Assembly: GCF_009914755.1 (NCBI RefSeq)
Contig: NC_060941.1
Length of the DNA: 64,000 nt
Reading direction: 5' to 3' (one strand)
Origin: the human T2T-CHM13v2.0 reference genome, Homo sapiens
Shown: one piece after another, positions 62,883-64,000 of the stretch
Position numbering within the stretch: position 1 is the stretch's first letter
Layout: each line of letters begins with the position of its first letter
Notes under the pieces: generated by a model
The model's database searches: none
What the model saw: the letters and a program-made list of their open reading frames with translations, nothing else
What the model was told of the DNA's origin: nothing
Position numbers and translations under genes: made by a program

Positions 62883-64000
62883 ACATAATTTTTAAACTTA
62901 TTTAATATGTTTTGGTTTAGCTGCTTTGTTTGATCTTTTAGAAGGAATAGTTTTTCTCAATAGGGTGGAGGAGGGGCTGGGGATATTTTAATAAGAGTTG
63001 TGTTTATCAGTTTCTGTTTAAGTTCCCGGCCATTGGCAGAACTACTTCTTGAATGAATTTGAAATAGGGTTGTTAATGCTGGAATTTTTTGCTAACTTAT
63101 TTGATAAGGTAGTAAGTTCCTGGAGGGCTTTTGTTATGCTCCCAGTGGGAGCAGTGTTGTTTGGGATAAAGGTGTAACACTGAGTTTTGATTATAATGAA
63201 AATACCACCTTTCTTTGCTAATATTATATTTGAAGCTATCTTATTCTTCTAGGCTATTTGATTAGTGGCTTTTGTTTAGCTATTTTTTTAATAGCATTTT
63301 TGGTATAGTTAACAAGTCGTTGCTGGTTGTAATAAATGTAGTTTAACCTATACTTTTATTAATTATTACCCACTAAAACACTGACTTGCAACTATTTGAT
63401 TTTTGGCTTTAAATGTATTTGGTATTTCACGAGGAATTTTAGTTGCATTTAAATAGACATGGGAATTAAAAGATCCATAAGGGTCTGCTGCTTCTTTTGT
63501 GGCTTCTTCTATCTGTTTATTTATTTTTTGATTGATGAAATATTAGGGTAAAAGGGATAGCCAATTGAATTAGAGCATAAGTATTGTTCTAATTATTTGG
63601 CACAGCGTTCAGTAAAGGCCCTCCATAATACCATTATATATTTGCTTGGGGATGAATAAGGGCGGACTGATGGGTCAGCTCTTGGAAGTGCCTGACCTCA
63701 CTGCATTTTGTTAAATCTTCAAGGAATGCTAAGTTCTCCCCTTGTGGTGAGAGACACGAGGCAAACTTCGCCTTGGAAGATGGGAGGCTGGATGGCTCTT
63801 GGGAGCAGACCCGCAGGGTACTACTGCACTTCAGGAAATAGCAGAGAGAGTTTGGTACAGTTTACTATCCTAGGCTGTAGGATTTTGAAAAGGAGATACC
63901 ATGTCGTCTATGTCTTGTTGATTAGAAGACTATTTGAGTGGAAAGTGGATAACCTGGACCTCTGGTTCACCGTGCGCACAAGTGTAACAGTTGTTTTTGT
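62883..64000 (-). mobile_element. HERV-I/HERVIP10-like internal region: defective env (TM immunosuppressive region and part of SU), runs off the window
   Basis: Minus translation NYIYYNQQRLVNYTKNAIKKIAKQ..QIA*KNKIASNIILAKKGGIFIIIKTQCYTFIPNNTAPTGSITKALQ. Confidence 0.85.

Overview
Primate (human-like) genomic DNA, very Alu-rich, containing one member of the LRRC37A core-duplicon family on the + strand (about 14633-52262). It is most likely the 17q21.31 pseudogene LRRC37A4P, but the paralog assignment is inferred. Exon 1 (870 codons), four LRR exons and the Cys-rich LRR-CT exon are open with canonical splice sites. Two LRR exons and the juxtamembrane exon could not be found. The 3' exons carry a 1-bp frameshift, a 16-bp deletion and two nonsense codons, so the only spliced product predicted is a 1080-aa protein with no transmembrane domain. 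Other duplicon fragments are an RDM1-like exon upstream, an antisense ARL17/NBR2-like exon downstream and a 7SL retrocopy. Mobile elements include L1s, MER75, Tigger3, MER20, MER21, a solo LTR12 (ERV9) pointing antisense into the gene, and a HERV-I/LTR10 provirus end whose env and LTR carry a strong G-to-A hypermutation signature. Family identifications rest on recalled consensus and protein sequences, not database searches. Repeat boundaries are approximate.
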